Notes under the pieces: generated by a model | What the model saw: only the letters and a program-made list of their open reading frames with translations | What the model was told of the DNA's origin: nothing | The model's database searches: none | Made by a program: the position numbers and the translations under genes | Part shown: piece after piece, positions 23,611-34,067 of the stretch | Layout: each line of letters opens with the position of its first letter | How positions within the stretch are numbered: position 1 is the stretch's first letter | NCBI GenBank assembly: GCA_031416075.1 | Contig: JANOSY010000031.1 | Location: 72,912-136,911, forward strand | Length of the DNA: 64,000 nt | DNA from: Candidatus Tenderia sp. | GTDB lineage: Bacteria > Pseudomonadota > Gammaproteobacteria > Tenderiales > Tenderiaceae | Direction: 5' to 3'

Positions 23611-24248
23611 TATTTCTTGGTCGTCTCGTCGATCACATCCACCCCCTTAGGAATGGTGAATGCAAAGGTATCGGCAGCGACGCTGCTATTGGTCTGTACG
23701 TTATCAAACTGAATGTCAGTCTGCTGACCAAAACCATCTTTAATCTCAAGACGATGGAGCTGTTTCTGTTTAAGCCCGAGCAGGATGTTTTCAAAGCCGC
23801 TCTCTTTGGCCTTGGGTGTCAGCTCAAACCACTGCAAACCGTCGTTGCGCTGCACCGTGCGGATCTTGAACTCACTCTCCAACTTGCTGCTATTACTGAG
23901 CAGTGATGCGGGCGAACCGGCCAGTGCCTGATCCTGAGATTTAACGGTTACCTGTTCAAGATCAACATCATAGAGCCAGACCTTTTTGCCGTCGGCCACG
24001 ATTTCCTGCTCATAAGGGGCCTGGTAGTTCCAGCGGAACTTGCCAGGGCGTTGAATCACCAGACGACCCCGCATCTGCTGCTGCACATTGCGCTGCTGAT
24101 CCAAAATCTCCTGGGTAAAATCAGCCTTCAGGGTTTTATAGCTGAACAGCGCCTTCAGCTCGGCCTCACCTTCGGCATGGACCAGCGGCGCAGCCATTAA
24201 TAGAGACGCGGCCATCGTAAAACGGATAAATAACTTTTTCAGAGACAT
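23610..24248 (-). CDS. lolA: outer membrane lipoprotein chaperone LolA
   Basis: [26 protein letters not shown]; start placed at MSLKK. Confidence 0.95.
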   Translation of the reverse strand: MSLKKLFIRFTMAASLLMAAPLVHAEGEAELKALFSYKTLKADFTQEILDQQRNVQQQMRGRLVIQRPGKFRWNYQAPYEQEIVADGKKVWLYDVDLEQVTVKSQDQALAGSPASLLSNSSKLESEFKIRTVQRNDGLQWFELTPKAKESGFENILLGLKQKQLHRLEIKDGFGQQTDIQFDNVQTNSSVAADTFAFTIPKGVDVIDETTKK

Positions 24249-24326
24249 ACAAATACCTATGTAAAATCGATCAAGCCGCAAGGGCAAAACGCCCCTGACC
24301 CTTGCACATCACTAATGGAACAACCA

Positions 24327-25565
24327 TTACACCCTCCCAGCCCTGGGCAAAATAGTCTTCACGTAATCGTCCGTCGCATCAAAAACTGGTTCAACCTGAT
24401 TAAACTTCATCATCAGAGGAATCACCTTCGTACGTACCCCCATGCCACGAGAATCGACATAGGCGTAATCACGAAGGATATCCATAATTAACGTATTTCG
24501 TGGCGATCGCTGCCCTGCGATCATCTTGCTAATAGTCATAGAGTTTTGAAATTTTCCGGGGCTAATAACTTCTAACCGGTCCGAGTAATTGGTTACTTCT
24601 ATGTCTACCGCCCTAGTCCAGTCACGATGCGCCAGAGCATTGACGACCGTTTCGCGAACCGCTTCCCAAGGATAAAACTCTATCTTTTCTCGGCGCATGT
24701 GTTCGTCAATGCTAGCCGCCTCTAGTGTAATAAAAGGAGCTATGGCTGCCGCGAACTTTTCGATCAGGCCTTCATCGACCAACTGTTTCCCCCCAGTCTC
24801 GTTGATTTTCCATCTCCCAACGAGCGGCGCATCCAGCACTATATCCAGCAAAGCTTGGTACTCTTTTTCTGCCCCGGCAAAGGCCATTACGCGCAATCCT
24901 GCTTGCCGAAGAAATCGCCGTGGATTGATTCCGAAACAGATCAATCCGGCTACTGAGCAAACTGTATTCCCGAGCCCATCGGAAGCCATCAGGCCAAGGC
25001 CCAATAAACGTTCCTCCCATACTGAGTCTAGCGTGGGAACATCAGGGTCGTTTATTATGTTCGATAGGTAATAGTGCAGTCTCTCCAGGTCAAGATCAGC
25101 CAAAGAGGTCCCCGCCACAGGAAGGACTTCAACATGTAGTAGTCCTCCGCTTTCAAAAAGCCGCAACTGTTGTTCTCGGGAAGCCAGTTCTGAACGATTC
25201 CCCATGCGGATGTAAATCTCTTCGCGATTGTTATGTTTCAACATGTAAGGTTTGGAAATGCCGGACGCAATCGTAATAACAGCAACTTGGTGCTGATCAT
25301 CAATCTTTATCTCCTCATAAAAGGGGATAATTTGAGGAAAGATTTTGTCACGAAATACATTCAGAACCCATTCCTGGGTATTCTTTTGTTGGAGCCCTGA
25401 TATTGTTCCATCATCCTCAACGCCGAGGATCAACCTGCCACCTTGAAGGTTTGCCAAGGCTACTATTTCTTTGGCTAACTGTTCTGGACGAATATCGTCA
25501 CGTTTGAATTCCACCCCGGAATTTTCACCGTTAGCGATGATTTCCAATAATTCAGCTTTTAACAT
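24327..25565 (-). CDS. Schlafen/AlbA_2 domain + HATPase_c_4 (RecG-C-like) protein, candidate defence effector
   Basis: GENSGVEFKR, IVALANLQGG.LILGVEDDG; AVRETVVNALAHRDW, RLEVISPG, RN..I, DSRGMG. Confidence 0.85.
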   Translation of the reverse strand: MLKAELLEIIANGENSGVEFKRDDIRPEQLAKEIVALANLQGGRLILGVEDDGTISGLQQKNTQEWVLNVFRDKIFPQIIPFYEEIKIDDQHQVAVITIASGISKPYMLKHNNREEIYIRMGNRSELASREQQLRLFESGGLLHVEVLPVAGTSLADLDLERLHYYLSNIINDPDVPTLDSVWEERLLGLGLMASDGLGNTVCSVAGLICFGINPRRFLRQAGLRVMAFAGAEKEYQALLDIVLDAPLVGRWKINETGGKQLVDEGLIEKFAAAIAPFITLEAASIDEHMRREKIEFYPWEAVRETVVNALAHRDWTRAVDIEVTNYSDRLEVISPGKFQNSMTISKMIAGQRSPRNTLIMDILRDYAYVDSRGMGVRTKVIPLMMKFNQVEPVFDATDDYVKTILPRAGRV

Positions 25566-25573
25566 GGTTGGCC

Positions 25574-28282
25574 TCAGTATCCGTATTTGGCTTTACGCTG
25601 ATTGAAGGCAGTCTTTCCGCCTTCAAGAATATTGGCGGCTTTATCCCGGATTTGTGTTACATCAATGGCGCCTTGCGATTCCGCAGGCATTTTCGATTGA
25701 CCCTCTTGCACCTCAAAAACACCGATCCATTCGGCATCACCAAACACCGGTATATTTGCGTTGTGCGTTGCAAAGATGAATTGGCGGGCTATTTTTGCCG
25801 ACCTTAATTCCGTCACAATGCGATCCGCAATAAAGGCGTTATCCAGATTATCTTCTGGCTGATCCATAAGCAATGGATCAAGATTCTGCAGCAGCAGAAG
25901 ATGCAAAATCGCTGTGCATTGCTGGCCGGTGGATAACCTATCCAGCGGCCTAAAAGTTTCCGCACCCTCATGCGCTGTGTTCAACTCAATACTGATCAAG
26001 TCAGGCAATTCAATCTCTTCCAGCTTAAGAAGCTGTTCGGTTGTGAGGCGTAACAGAGCATTCTCTACTGTAGATGTCATTCCCCATTTTTTGAAATCCA
26101 ACGACACAAGGGCAGCATCAAAAGTTTCCTCACTGTCGTCACGCCTGGCATCGGCGTATTGCCGCACCATTTCAGCCAGTTTAACCGGCGAAAAATCGTC
26201 TGCTTCATGCACCCAGGCAAGCCTGGCTTCGCCAACGTTCTCCAGTTTGCAGCCCAACAGGAATTGAATCACTGGCGCGCGATCAGCTTCAGGTTTAACC
26301 GTCAATTTCAGTTTGCTTGAAAGTCGTTTATTCAAACGCTTCAGTGATCGCTCAAACTGTGCTGATCTATCCGCACGGATGGATGATAAATCATCAAGGA
26401 TGGCTCTGCGTTGCCTGGATAGCTCGGTTACAACCTTGGTGCGGTTATCAATCATCGTTTTCTTTGGCCGAATTCGCTCAATTTCTTTTAACAAGCGCTG
26501 GAACTCAAGACCAATTTCCTTACCCGTTTTTCCTTCAGAGGCTGGCAACTCCTTGAAAGTTTTTTCCAATACCGACTCTTCTTGTTGTATCGCCGCATCC
26601 AGTGCCTGAGCGTGTGATGCCATCGTGGCTTTCGCAGTGGCATATTTTTGTTGCCACTGACTCAGCAGTGCTTCGGCATCCCCACGGAGCGCATCCAATG
26701 TTGCACGCATCTTGCGCAGGTTTTCGGCATGGGGAAGATGGCCAATGGCTGCGTCACTCAGGAATACGGTATCGGGCAGGCTGTCGCGCACAGCCTGGAA
26801 AGCCGTATCAAGATTTGGGCCTTCTTCTTCTATCGCCCTTTTCTGTAGGCGCTTTTCTGTCTCCAGTAGCGGCACTATTTTAAGTTTATCTTCCAGCCCG
26901 AGTACTTTCAATTGGCCTACCTGTTCTTCCAGTTTCGGAAGAAGTGCGACCTCATCTTCAATGGATGCCACAGCAGCTTGTGCTTCGATCAACTTCTTTC
27001 TGTTCTCTGCCAGCTTACTTAACGACTCCTGAATACGCGCCTCGCCGTCCTGTTGTCCAGCGTCCAGAAACCGGGTCAACAATTGCCGCTGACTGGTTTT
27101 GTCTTGGGCAATTTCGTATATCTCGTTCTGCCCGTAGATTTCAATTCCGGGCAACAGGTCAATCGGCGTAAATGTCGATAAGTTCCCGTTCTCATCCTTC
27201 ACACTGGTACTTTCACCATAACGCCGCGCAACCGTAAAACTTTTGCCATTCATTCGAGAGGAACGGATCACCAGCTCTATTCGGCCCTTGGATGGTTTGC
27301 CCAGATTTTCTTTGACGATTTCATCATGTTTTTTTTGTGCATCTTTGCCTATGGGTTTCAGTTGCAAGGCGTAGCGGATGCACTCAAGTAGTGTCGATTT
27401 CCCTGTTCCTCGTCCACCAATCACTGCATTCAGATGTTCGGAAAATTCAATTTGAACGCCATCCAGATACCCGTCCGTGATTCTCAGGCTTTCGATGCGG
27501 GAATAGTATTTCTCGGTAACGTCAGTGTTCAAACGCACCCGTGATTCAGGGTCTTGAAATGCCAGCTTGAAAGACTCAAAACAGGGCCGGGTCATTTTGA
27601 TCAAGCAGGATGCTTTTGGGTTTGTTAGCGTTTCTGGTTGTTCCACATCCTTGGCATTGATAATGGCAACCGGCTGCTCGCGCTTGTATTCCGGCGTCTT
27701 GTTTTGGAGGATTTGTTGATAGCCATAGCCTTCTCCGTTTGTCAGGTCGTCAAGTGTGCCGGGTATCTGAGCGGCCTTTAGCAAGGGATTTTGCCAGACA
27801 TGGTTAAGTTTTTGATACAGGACGCCATTGTCATCCGTGCAGTGAGCCGCAAAAGCAAATCCACCAAGCTCTTCAACCTTTGCAAGTAGATCCTTTCCGC
27901 TGAAATTTGAAGGCCAAACACCATTGGCGGGATTGGTCAAACCTAGCGCGCCTAAAAAACGGTTGAGTTGATCTATTGACGTATTTTCTGGGAAAAGGCA
28001 CACAAAGTGCGCTTTTTCGGTAGAGGCTATCTCGAAGCCGGGAAACACCAGGATGTCATGTTTATTCATCAGAGACCGGATGGCCTCCACTCCATCCACA
28101 TTGCCGTGATTCGCCAAGCCGATGACCTTGATCTCGTGTTCCTTGGCTATGCGCACCAGCTCTTGGTTGTACTGCTCTTCCGTCATTCCGTGATCACCAC
28201 CACGATAGGCGATGTAACCCGCTGGGTTAACTTGTAGAGCGCACTTCCAGAATCTGGCTTTGGTGTATTGCTCAGACATCAA
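25574..28282 (-). CDS. PHP-like domain + SMC/ABC-type ATPase (Ppl/TrlF-like), candidate defence protein
   Basis: N-terminal PHP-like fold (FWKC, FPGFEI, AHFVCLF), Walker A GGRGTGKST, coiled coil, LSTGQQ signature, MDQPEDNLD, FATHN. Confidence 0.85.
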   Translation of the reverse strand: MMSEQYTKARFWKCALQVNPAGYIAYRGGDHGMTEEQYNQELVRIAKEHEIKVIGLANHGNVDGVEAIRSLMNKHDILVFPGFEIASTEKAHFVCLFPENTSIDQLNRFLGALGLTNPANGVWPSNFSGKDLLAKVEELGGFAFAAHCTDDNGVLYQKLNHVWQNPLLKAAQIPGTLDDLTNGEGYGYQQILQNKTPEYKREQPVAIINAKDVEQPETLTNPKASCLIKMTRPCFESFKLAFQDPESRVRLNTDVTEKYYSRIESLRITDGYLDGVQIEFSEHLNAVIGGRGTGKSTLLECIRYALQLKPIGKDAQKKHDEIVKENLGKPSKGRIELVIRSSRMNGKSFTVARRYGESTSVKDENGNLSTFTPIDLLPGIEIYGQNEIYEIAQDKTSQRQLLTRFLDAGQQDGEARIQESLSKLAENRKKLIEAQAAVASIEDEVALLPKLEEQVGQLKVLGLEDKLKIVPLLETEKRLQKRAIEEEGPNLDTAFQAVRDSLPDTVFLSDAAIGHLPHAENLRKMRATLDALRGDAEALLSQWQQKYATAKATMASHAQALDAAIQQEESVLEKTFKELPASEGKTGKEIGLEFQRLLKEIERIRPKKTMIDNRTKVVTELSRQRRAILDDLSSIRADRSAQFERSLKRLNKRLSSKLKLTVKPEADRAPVIQFLLGCKLENVGEARLAWVHEADDFSPVKLAEMVRQYADARRDDSEETFDAALVSLDFKKWGMTSTVENALLRLTTEQLLKLEEIELPDLISIELNTAHEGAETFRPLDRLSTGQQCTAILHLLLLQNLDPLLMDQPEDNLDNAFIADRIVTELRSAKIARQFIFATHNANIPVFGDAEWIGVFEVQEGQSKMPAESQGAIDVTQIRDKAANILEGGKTAFNQRKAKYGY

Positions 28283-28350
28283 ACGCCTTCCCTTTTATAT
28301 TTATTCTCGTGAATAACATGGCTTCAGCGGATTTAAAAAAATGCCCACAC

Positions 28351-30663
28351 TCAATCCTTGGGAGGGGGGGGAGCCAGCACTTCACGGTTGCCGTTGGACT
28401 GCATCGGGCTGACGACGCCGGCGCGTTCCATATCTTCCACCATGCGGGCGGCGCGATTGTAGCCGATTTTAAGGCGGCGCTGAATGCCAGAGACCGAGGC
28501 GCGGCGCGATTCAGTGACGATCCTGACCGCTTGATCATAAAGCTCGTCGGCCTCATCGCTGCCGTCAAAACCACCGCCCATGCCATCACCATCGGTACTT
28601 GGGCCATCGAGGATCTCGTCGATGTATTCCGGGGTACCGAGCTGTTTCAGTGCATCGACCACCTTATGTACCTCATGGTCGGCTACAAAGGCACCGTGTA
28701 CCCGTGTCGGCACATTGGTGCCGGAGGGTTGATAGAGCATGTCACCGTGGCCAAGCAACGACTCGGCGCCACTCTGGTCGAGGATGGTACGTGAGTCGAT
28801 CTTCGATGAGACCTGAAAGGCGATACGGGTCGGGATATTGGCCTTGATCAGACCGGTGAGTACATCAACCGAGGGGCGCTGTGTGGCCAATACCAGATGG
28901 ATGCCGGAGGCACGGGCCTTCTGCGCCAGGCGGGCAATCAGCTCTTCCACCTTTTTGCCCACCACCATCATCATGTCCGCCAACTCATCCACAATCACCA
29001 CAATGTGTGGCAGCGGCTCCAGCGGCGGACGGATCTCGTCCGGTGACATCATCTCAATAAAGGGATCGCGGATCGGCTCGTCACTCTCCAGCGCCTCTTT
29101 TATCTTTTTGTTGTAGCTGCTCAGGTTTCTCACCCCCACATAGGCCATCAGCCGGTAGCGACGATCCATCTCCACCACACACCAGCGCAGGGCATTGGCG
29201 GCGTTTTTCATATCGGTGACAACCGGCGTCAACAGATGGGGAATCCCCTCATATATAGAGAGTTCCAGCATCTTGGGGTCGATCATGATCATGCGTACCT
29301 CTTCGGCGGTGGCCTTGTAGAGCATGCTCAGGATCATGGCGTTGATACCGACCGACTTACCGGAACCGGTGGTACCGGCCACCAGCAGATGGGGCATTTT
29401 GGCCAGGTCGGCCACCAGCGGCTGACCGGAGATATCCTTGCCCAGCGCCAGGGTGAGGGGCGATAGCGCATCGTCATACTGCTTTGATTGCAGGATCTCG
29501 CTCAGACGTACCGTCTCACGATGTTCGTTGGGGATCTCCAGACCCACCGTAGTTTTGCCAGGGATGATCTCCACCACCCGCACACTGATAGCCGAGAGTG
29601 AACGGGCCAGATCTTTTGAGAGATTGCTGATCTGGCTGACCTTAACACCTACACCAGGCTGCATCTCAAAACGGGTAATAACCGGGCCGGGGTGAACCTC
29701 CACCACTTCAACCTCGATACCAAAATCCTTAAATTTAATCTCCACCAGACGTGAGAGTGCCTCCAACGCCTCCACCGAAAAACCTTTGCCGGTATGTACC
29801 GCCCGATCCAGTAGCGCCAGGGGTGGTAACCCCCGCCTCTTATCTTCGTCGGTCAAAAAGAGTGGCTGCTGACGCTCCTGCTCTACACGTTTACTCACCT
29901 CAACCTTTTTGATCACCGGTTCGATGCGTGGTGGCAACCGTTTTTCCTGCTTTTTAGTCTCTGTCTGCAAGGCTACCGCACGTTCATGGCGCATCTGGCG
30001 CGCCGCCAGCCACTCACGCAGCCCACCAAACCAGCTGCGTACCAGAGCCGCAAACTCCAGACTCCAGCGCCCGGTCACATCCATCAGCCACAACCAGGAG
30101 AGACCGGTAAAGAGTGTCACACCCGTCAGGAAAAGCGCCAGCATAAACAGCGTCGCCCCCACAAAACTGAACGGTTCTTCCAGAGAGTCGCTCACCACCC
30201 CCCCCAGAATCCCCCCCGGCGTCAGTGGCAATCCCAGCGGGGCCTGAAAATGGAGTGCGGCCAATCCACACCCGGCCATGACAGTCAGCACAAAACCACC
30301 AAACCTCAGTACAAACTCTGTGGAGGTGACCGTCTCTTCCGACTTACGATCATGAAATATCAACCAGCCGCTGTAAGCGACCATAATAGGTATTAGATAA
30401 GAGAAGTACCCAAACAGATGCAATCCTACATCCGCAAACCAAGCCCCCACCACACCGCCGCTGTTGGCAATCTCATTGACATGACCACTGTGTGACCAGC
30501 CTGGATCGGTCGGTTCATAACTGCCCAACGAAATCATCAGGTAGAGCGCTACTGCGCCAAACAGGAATAGCGCCCCTTCACGTAAACCGCGCATCCCTTT
30601 AACCAAGCGCGCTGGACGTCCCAATCCACCCGCTGCATCCTTTTTTCGTCTTGCCTGTGCCAA
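28351..30663 (-). CDS. ftsK: DNA translocase FtsK
   Basis: 4TM N-terminal domain, [18 protein letters not shown], gamma domain [13 protein letters not shown]. Confidence 0.98.
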   Translation of the reverse strand: MAQARRKKDAAGGLGRPARLVKGMRGLREGALFLFGAVALYLMISLGSYEPTDPGWSHSGHVNEIANSGGVVGAWFADVGLHLFGYFSYLIPIMVAYSGWLIFHDRKSEETVTSTEFVLRFGGFVLTVMAGCGLAALHFQAPLGLPLTPGGILGGVVSDSLEEPFSFVGATLFMLALFLTGVTLFTGLSWLWLMDVTGRWSLEFAALVRSWFGGLREWLAARQMRHERAVALQTETKKQEKRLPPRIEPVIKKVEVSKRVEQERQQPLFLTDEDKRRGLPPLALLDRAVHTGKGFSVEALEALSRLVEIKFKDFGIEVEVVEVHPGPVITRFEMQPGVGVKVSQISNLSKDLARSLSAISVRVVEIIPGKTTVGLEIPNEHRETVRLSEILQSKQYDDALSPLTLALGKDISGQPLVADLAKMPHLLVAGTTGSGKSVGINAMILSMLYKATAEEVRMIMIDPKMLELSIYEGIPHLLTPVVTDMKNAANALRWCVVEMDRRYRLMAYVGVRNLSSYNKKIKEALESDEPIRDPFIEMMSPDEIRPPLEPLPHIVVIVDELADMMMVVGKKVEELIARLAQKARASGIHLVLATQRPSVDVLTGLIKANIPTRIAFQVSSKIDSRTILDQSGAESLLGHGDMLYQPSGTNVPTRVHGAFVADHEVHKVVDALKQLGTPEYIDEILDGPSTDGDGMGGGFDGSDEADELYDQAVRIVTESRRASVSGIQRRLKIGYNRAARMVEDMERAGVVSPMQSNGNREVLAPPPPKD

Positions 30664-30926
30664 GTGTGTCCCGTACCTTTTTTCAGAAACAAAAAACTTA
30701 CATATCAGCGCATTATACCCGCATCAGCGGTGAATGCTCACTACTGGCTTTACATCATAAAGGGCAGGACAATAGCAGAGGGGGTCCGTTGCAATCACCT
30801 TTATCCCGCACACAATACCTTGTTATTGCTAAACGTCCGAACATTAACACCCCATAATGTTCCACACCCCTCTCCCTCTTTACCCAACCATTAACATCAC
30901 CTATGATGGGACAACCCGTTTTTAGA

Positions 30927-30964
30927 GTGCGTGTCAGACACTATATATAGTGTCTGACACGCAC
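30927..30964. repeat. perfect 38-bp palindrome in the ftsK/trxB divergent intergenic region (NrdR-box-like core or REP-like doublet)
   Basis: GTGCGTGTCAGACACTATA|TATAGTGTCTGACACGCAC is exactly self-complementary. Confidence 0.85.
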
Positions 30965-30997
30965 CAGAAACACTGGATATACTGCATCATACCTTAA

Positions 30998-31972
<975 letters not shown>

Positions 31973-32049
31973 CTGATACGGTGAATGGAGGGGGCGCATA
32001 TCGCCCCCCTCGATTCGTGGATAGACCATGACAATATGGTGACCGCCTT

Positions 32050-32343
32050 ATGATTTTAAGCAGAGACGAAAAACGGGCCTTTATGCGGATGAATATTGAG
32101 TCGGAGGTCAGCTTTAGCCGTTCCGGCTCAAACCAGACCTACACCGGCCAAAGCATCGATCTCAGTGCATCCGGCATGCGCTTTACCACCCAGATGCCGA
32201 TCGCGGTTGGTGAAACGCTGGCGGTACTTGTCAATCCCGGGGTCTCTATTACCCCTCCTCTGGCGGTCACCCTCTCTGTGATGCGTGTTATCGAGGATGG
32301 GGATGGACAATACGATGTGGCCGGCCTGACCCAACCAGGTTAA
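32050..32343 (+). CDS. single PilZ-domain c-di-GMP receptor
   Basis: EKRAFMR (RxxxR) and DLSASG (DxSxxG). Confidence 0.85.
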   Translation: MILSRDEKRAFMRMNIESEVSFSRSGSNQTYTGQSIDLSASGMRFTTQMPIAVGETLAVLVNPGVSITPPLAVTLSVMRVIEDGDGQYDVAGLTQPG

Positions 32344-32427
32344 ACATGTAGGGTAGATAGATACCAGCAACAGGGGCTTGTCTGCTGTTCTGCCCACCCC
32401 TAACCCTAGTGATGTAAAGAGCCAACA

Positions 32428-33168
32428 ATGCGCGGTCCCTTCTGGATAGATCAACGTGATACCACTTACATCTTCCCCCCCGTAGATCTGGCACTGGATG
32501 AGCCTGACGGCCTGCTCGCCGCAGGTGGAGACTTAACGCCGCGCCGTATCATCAACGCCTACCGCCAGGGGGTTTTTCCCTGGTACAGCAGCGATCAACC
32601 GATCCTCTGGTGGTCACCCAACCCCCGCTCCATATTAATCCCTGCACAACTGAAGGTTAGCCGCAGCCTACGCAAACAGCTTCGCAAACAGCCCTTCCGC
32701 ATCACCATCGATCACTGTTTTAAAGAAGTGTTACAGCAGTGTGCAGCCCCCCGCAGCTATGCCGATGGCACCTGGATTACGGCTGAGATGCAAACCGCCT
32801 ATTGTGAACTGCATGATCAGGGGGTTGCCCACTCGTTTGAGGCATGGCAAGGTGAGACCCTGGTGGGTGGGCTGTACGGGTTGGCGCTGGGCAAACTGTT
32901 TTTTGGTGAATCTATGTTCAGCCGTGCCACCGATGCCTCTAAAATTGCCTTTGTGTATGCTGTAAAACAGCTGGAGGCGTGGGGCTTTGCCTTGATTGAC
33001 TGTCAGGTTGCCACTGAGCACCTCAAATCCTTTGGCGCAATCCAGGTACCACGTAACCGTTTTATAGAATATACATTGCAGCTAACCAGTCTTTCGCCTC
33101 ATCCACTCCCCTGGCAGTTTGATGAGGGGTTTGACCCTCTCATAAACACAGGGCATAGCGATGACTAA
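32428..33168 (+). CDS. aat: leucyl/phenylalanyl-tRNA--protein transferase
   Basis: GLLAAGGDL, GVFPWY, WWSPNPR, FFGESMFS, IDCQ. Confidence 0.97.
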   Translation: MRGPFWIDQRDTTYIFPPVDLALDEPDGLLAAGGDLTPRRIINAYRQGVFPWYSSDQPILWWSPNPRSILIPAQLKVSRSLRKQLRKQPFRITIDHCFKEVLQQCAAPRSYADGTWITAEMQTAYCELHDQGVAHSFEAWQGETLVGGLYGLALGKLFFGESMFSRATDASKIAFVYAVKQLEAWGFALIDCQVATEHLKSFGAIQVPRNRFIEYTLQLTSLSPHPLPWQFDEGFDPLINTGHSDD

Positions 33169-33877
33169 CCAGACGAATGAACAGACAATCCGTTGTTTTT
33201 CTTCCGTACCCTTTGCATGCAGCTATCTGCCCCAGCATGAAGCACGCAACCTGATCATTGACCCGGCAATCCCATTAACATCATCACTGTTAGGCACACT
33301 GCTGAACACTGGTTTTCGCCGCAGCGGCCAGCACCTCTATCGACCTGACTGCCAGCAGTGCCAAAGCTGCATCCCGGTGCGTCTGGAGAGCCGCCATTTT
33401 AAACCCAACAGGAGCCAACGCCGCAACTGGCGGCAAAACAGTGAGTTAATCCACCAGACTACCGTTGGTTTTAGTGACGAGCAGTTTGAACTGTATAAAA
33501 AATACCTCGATGCACACCATAGTGACAGCAATATGGCCAACCCGAGCATCAAAGAGTACATCGGCTTTTTAACCGCCAGTGGCGTTGATACCCGCTTCCA
33601 TGAGTTTCGTTTAAAAGGCCAGCTGATAGCCGTGGCCGTTACCGACCACACACCACTCGGACTCTCCGCTGTGTATACCTTTTACCACCCCGATTTCCAG
33701 CAACGGGCACTCGGCACCTACGCCATCCTCTGGCAGATCCACCATGCTCAACAGCTCGAACTACCTTGGGTCTACTTAGGTTATTGGATTAAAGAGTGCG
33801 ACAAGATGAGTTATAAAAACCATTTTCAGCCATCGCAGGGGTACCAACAAAATCGCTGGCACGACCTAACTCGTTAA
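33161..33877 (+). CDS. bpt: arginyl-tRNA protein transferase family (Asp/Glu-specific leucyltransferase)
   Basis: CSYL, GFRRSG, YRPDCQQCQSC, YLGYWI..KMSYK. Confidence 0.93.
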   Translation: MTNQTNEQTIRCFSSVPFACSYLPQHEARNLIIDPAIPLTSSLLGTLLNTGFRRSGQHLYRPDCQQCQSCIPVRLESRHFKPNRSQRRNWRQNSELIHQTTVGFSDEQFELYKKYLDAHHSDSNMANPSIKEYIGFLTASGVDTRFHEFRLKGQLIAVAVTDHTPLGLSAVYTFYHPDFQQRALGTYAILWQIHHAQQLELPWVYLGYWIKECDKMSYKNHFQPSQGYQQNRWHDLTR

Positions 33878-34067
33878 TATCAAATAAAAAACAGTACTAT
33901 CCATCTTTATAAATCTAAATATTACAATCATTTCCACATCATGAATTGAGGTATCCGCCGGTAATGGTATGATCAAACCCGACACCGAGCCGCACTTTAA
34001 TAACCACTGGAAGTACATTTTTTGGGTGTAACCACCAAAAATTGGCGTGACTATACTGGAGCTAAAA

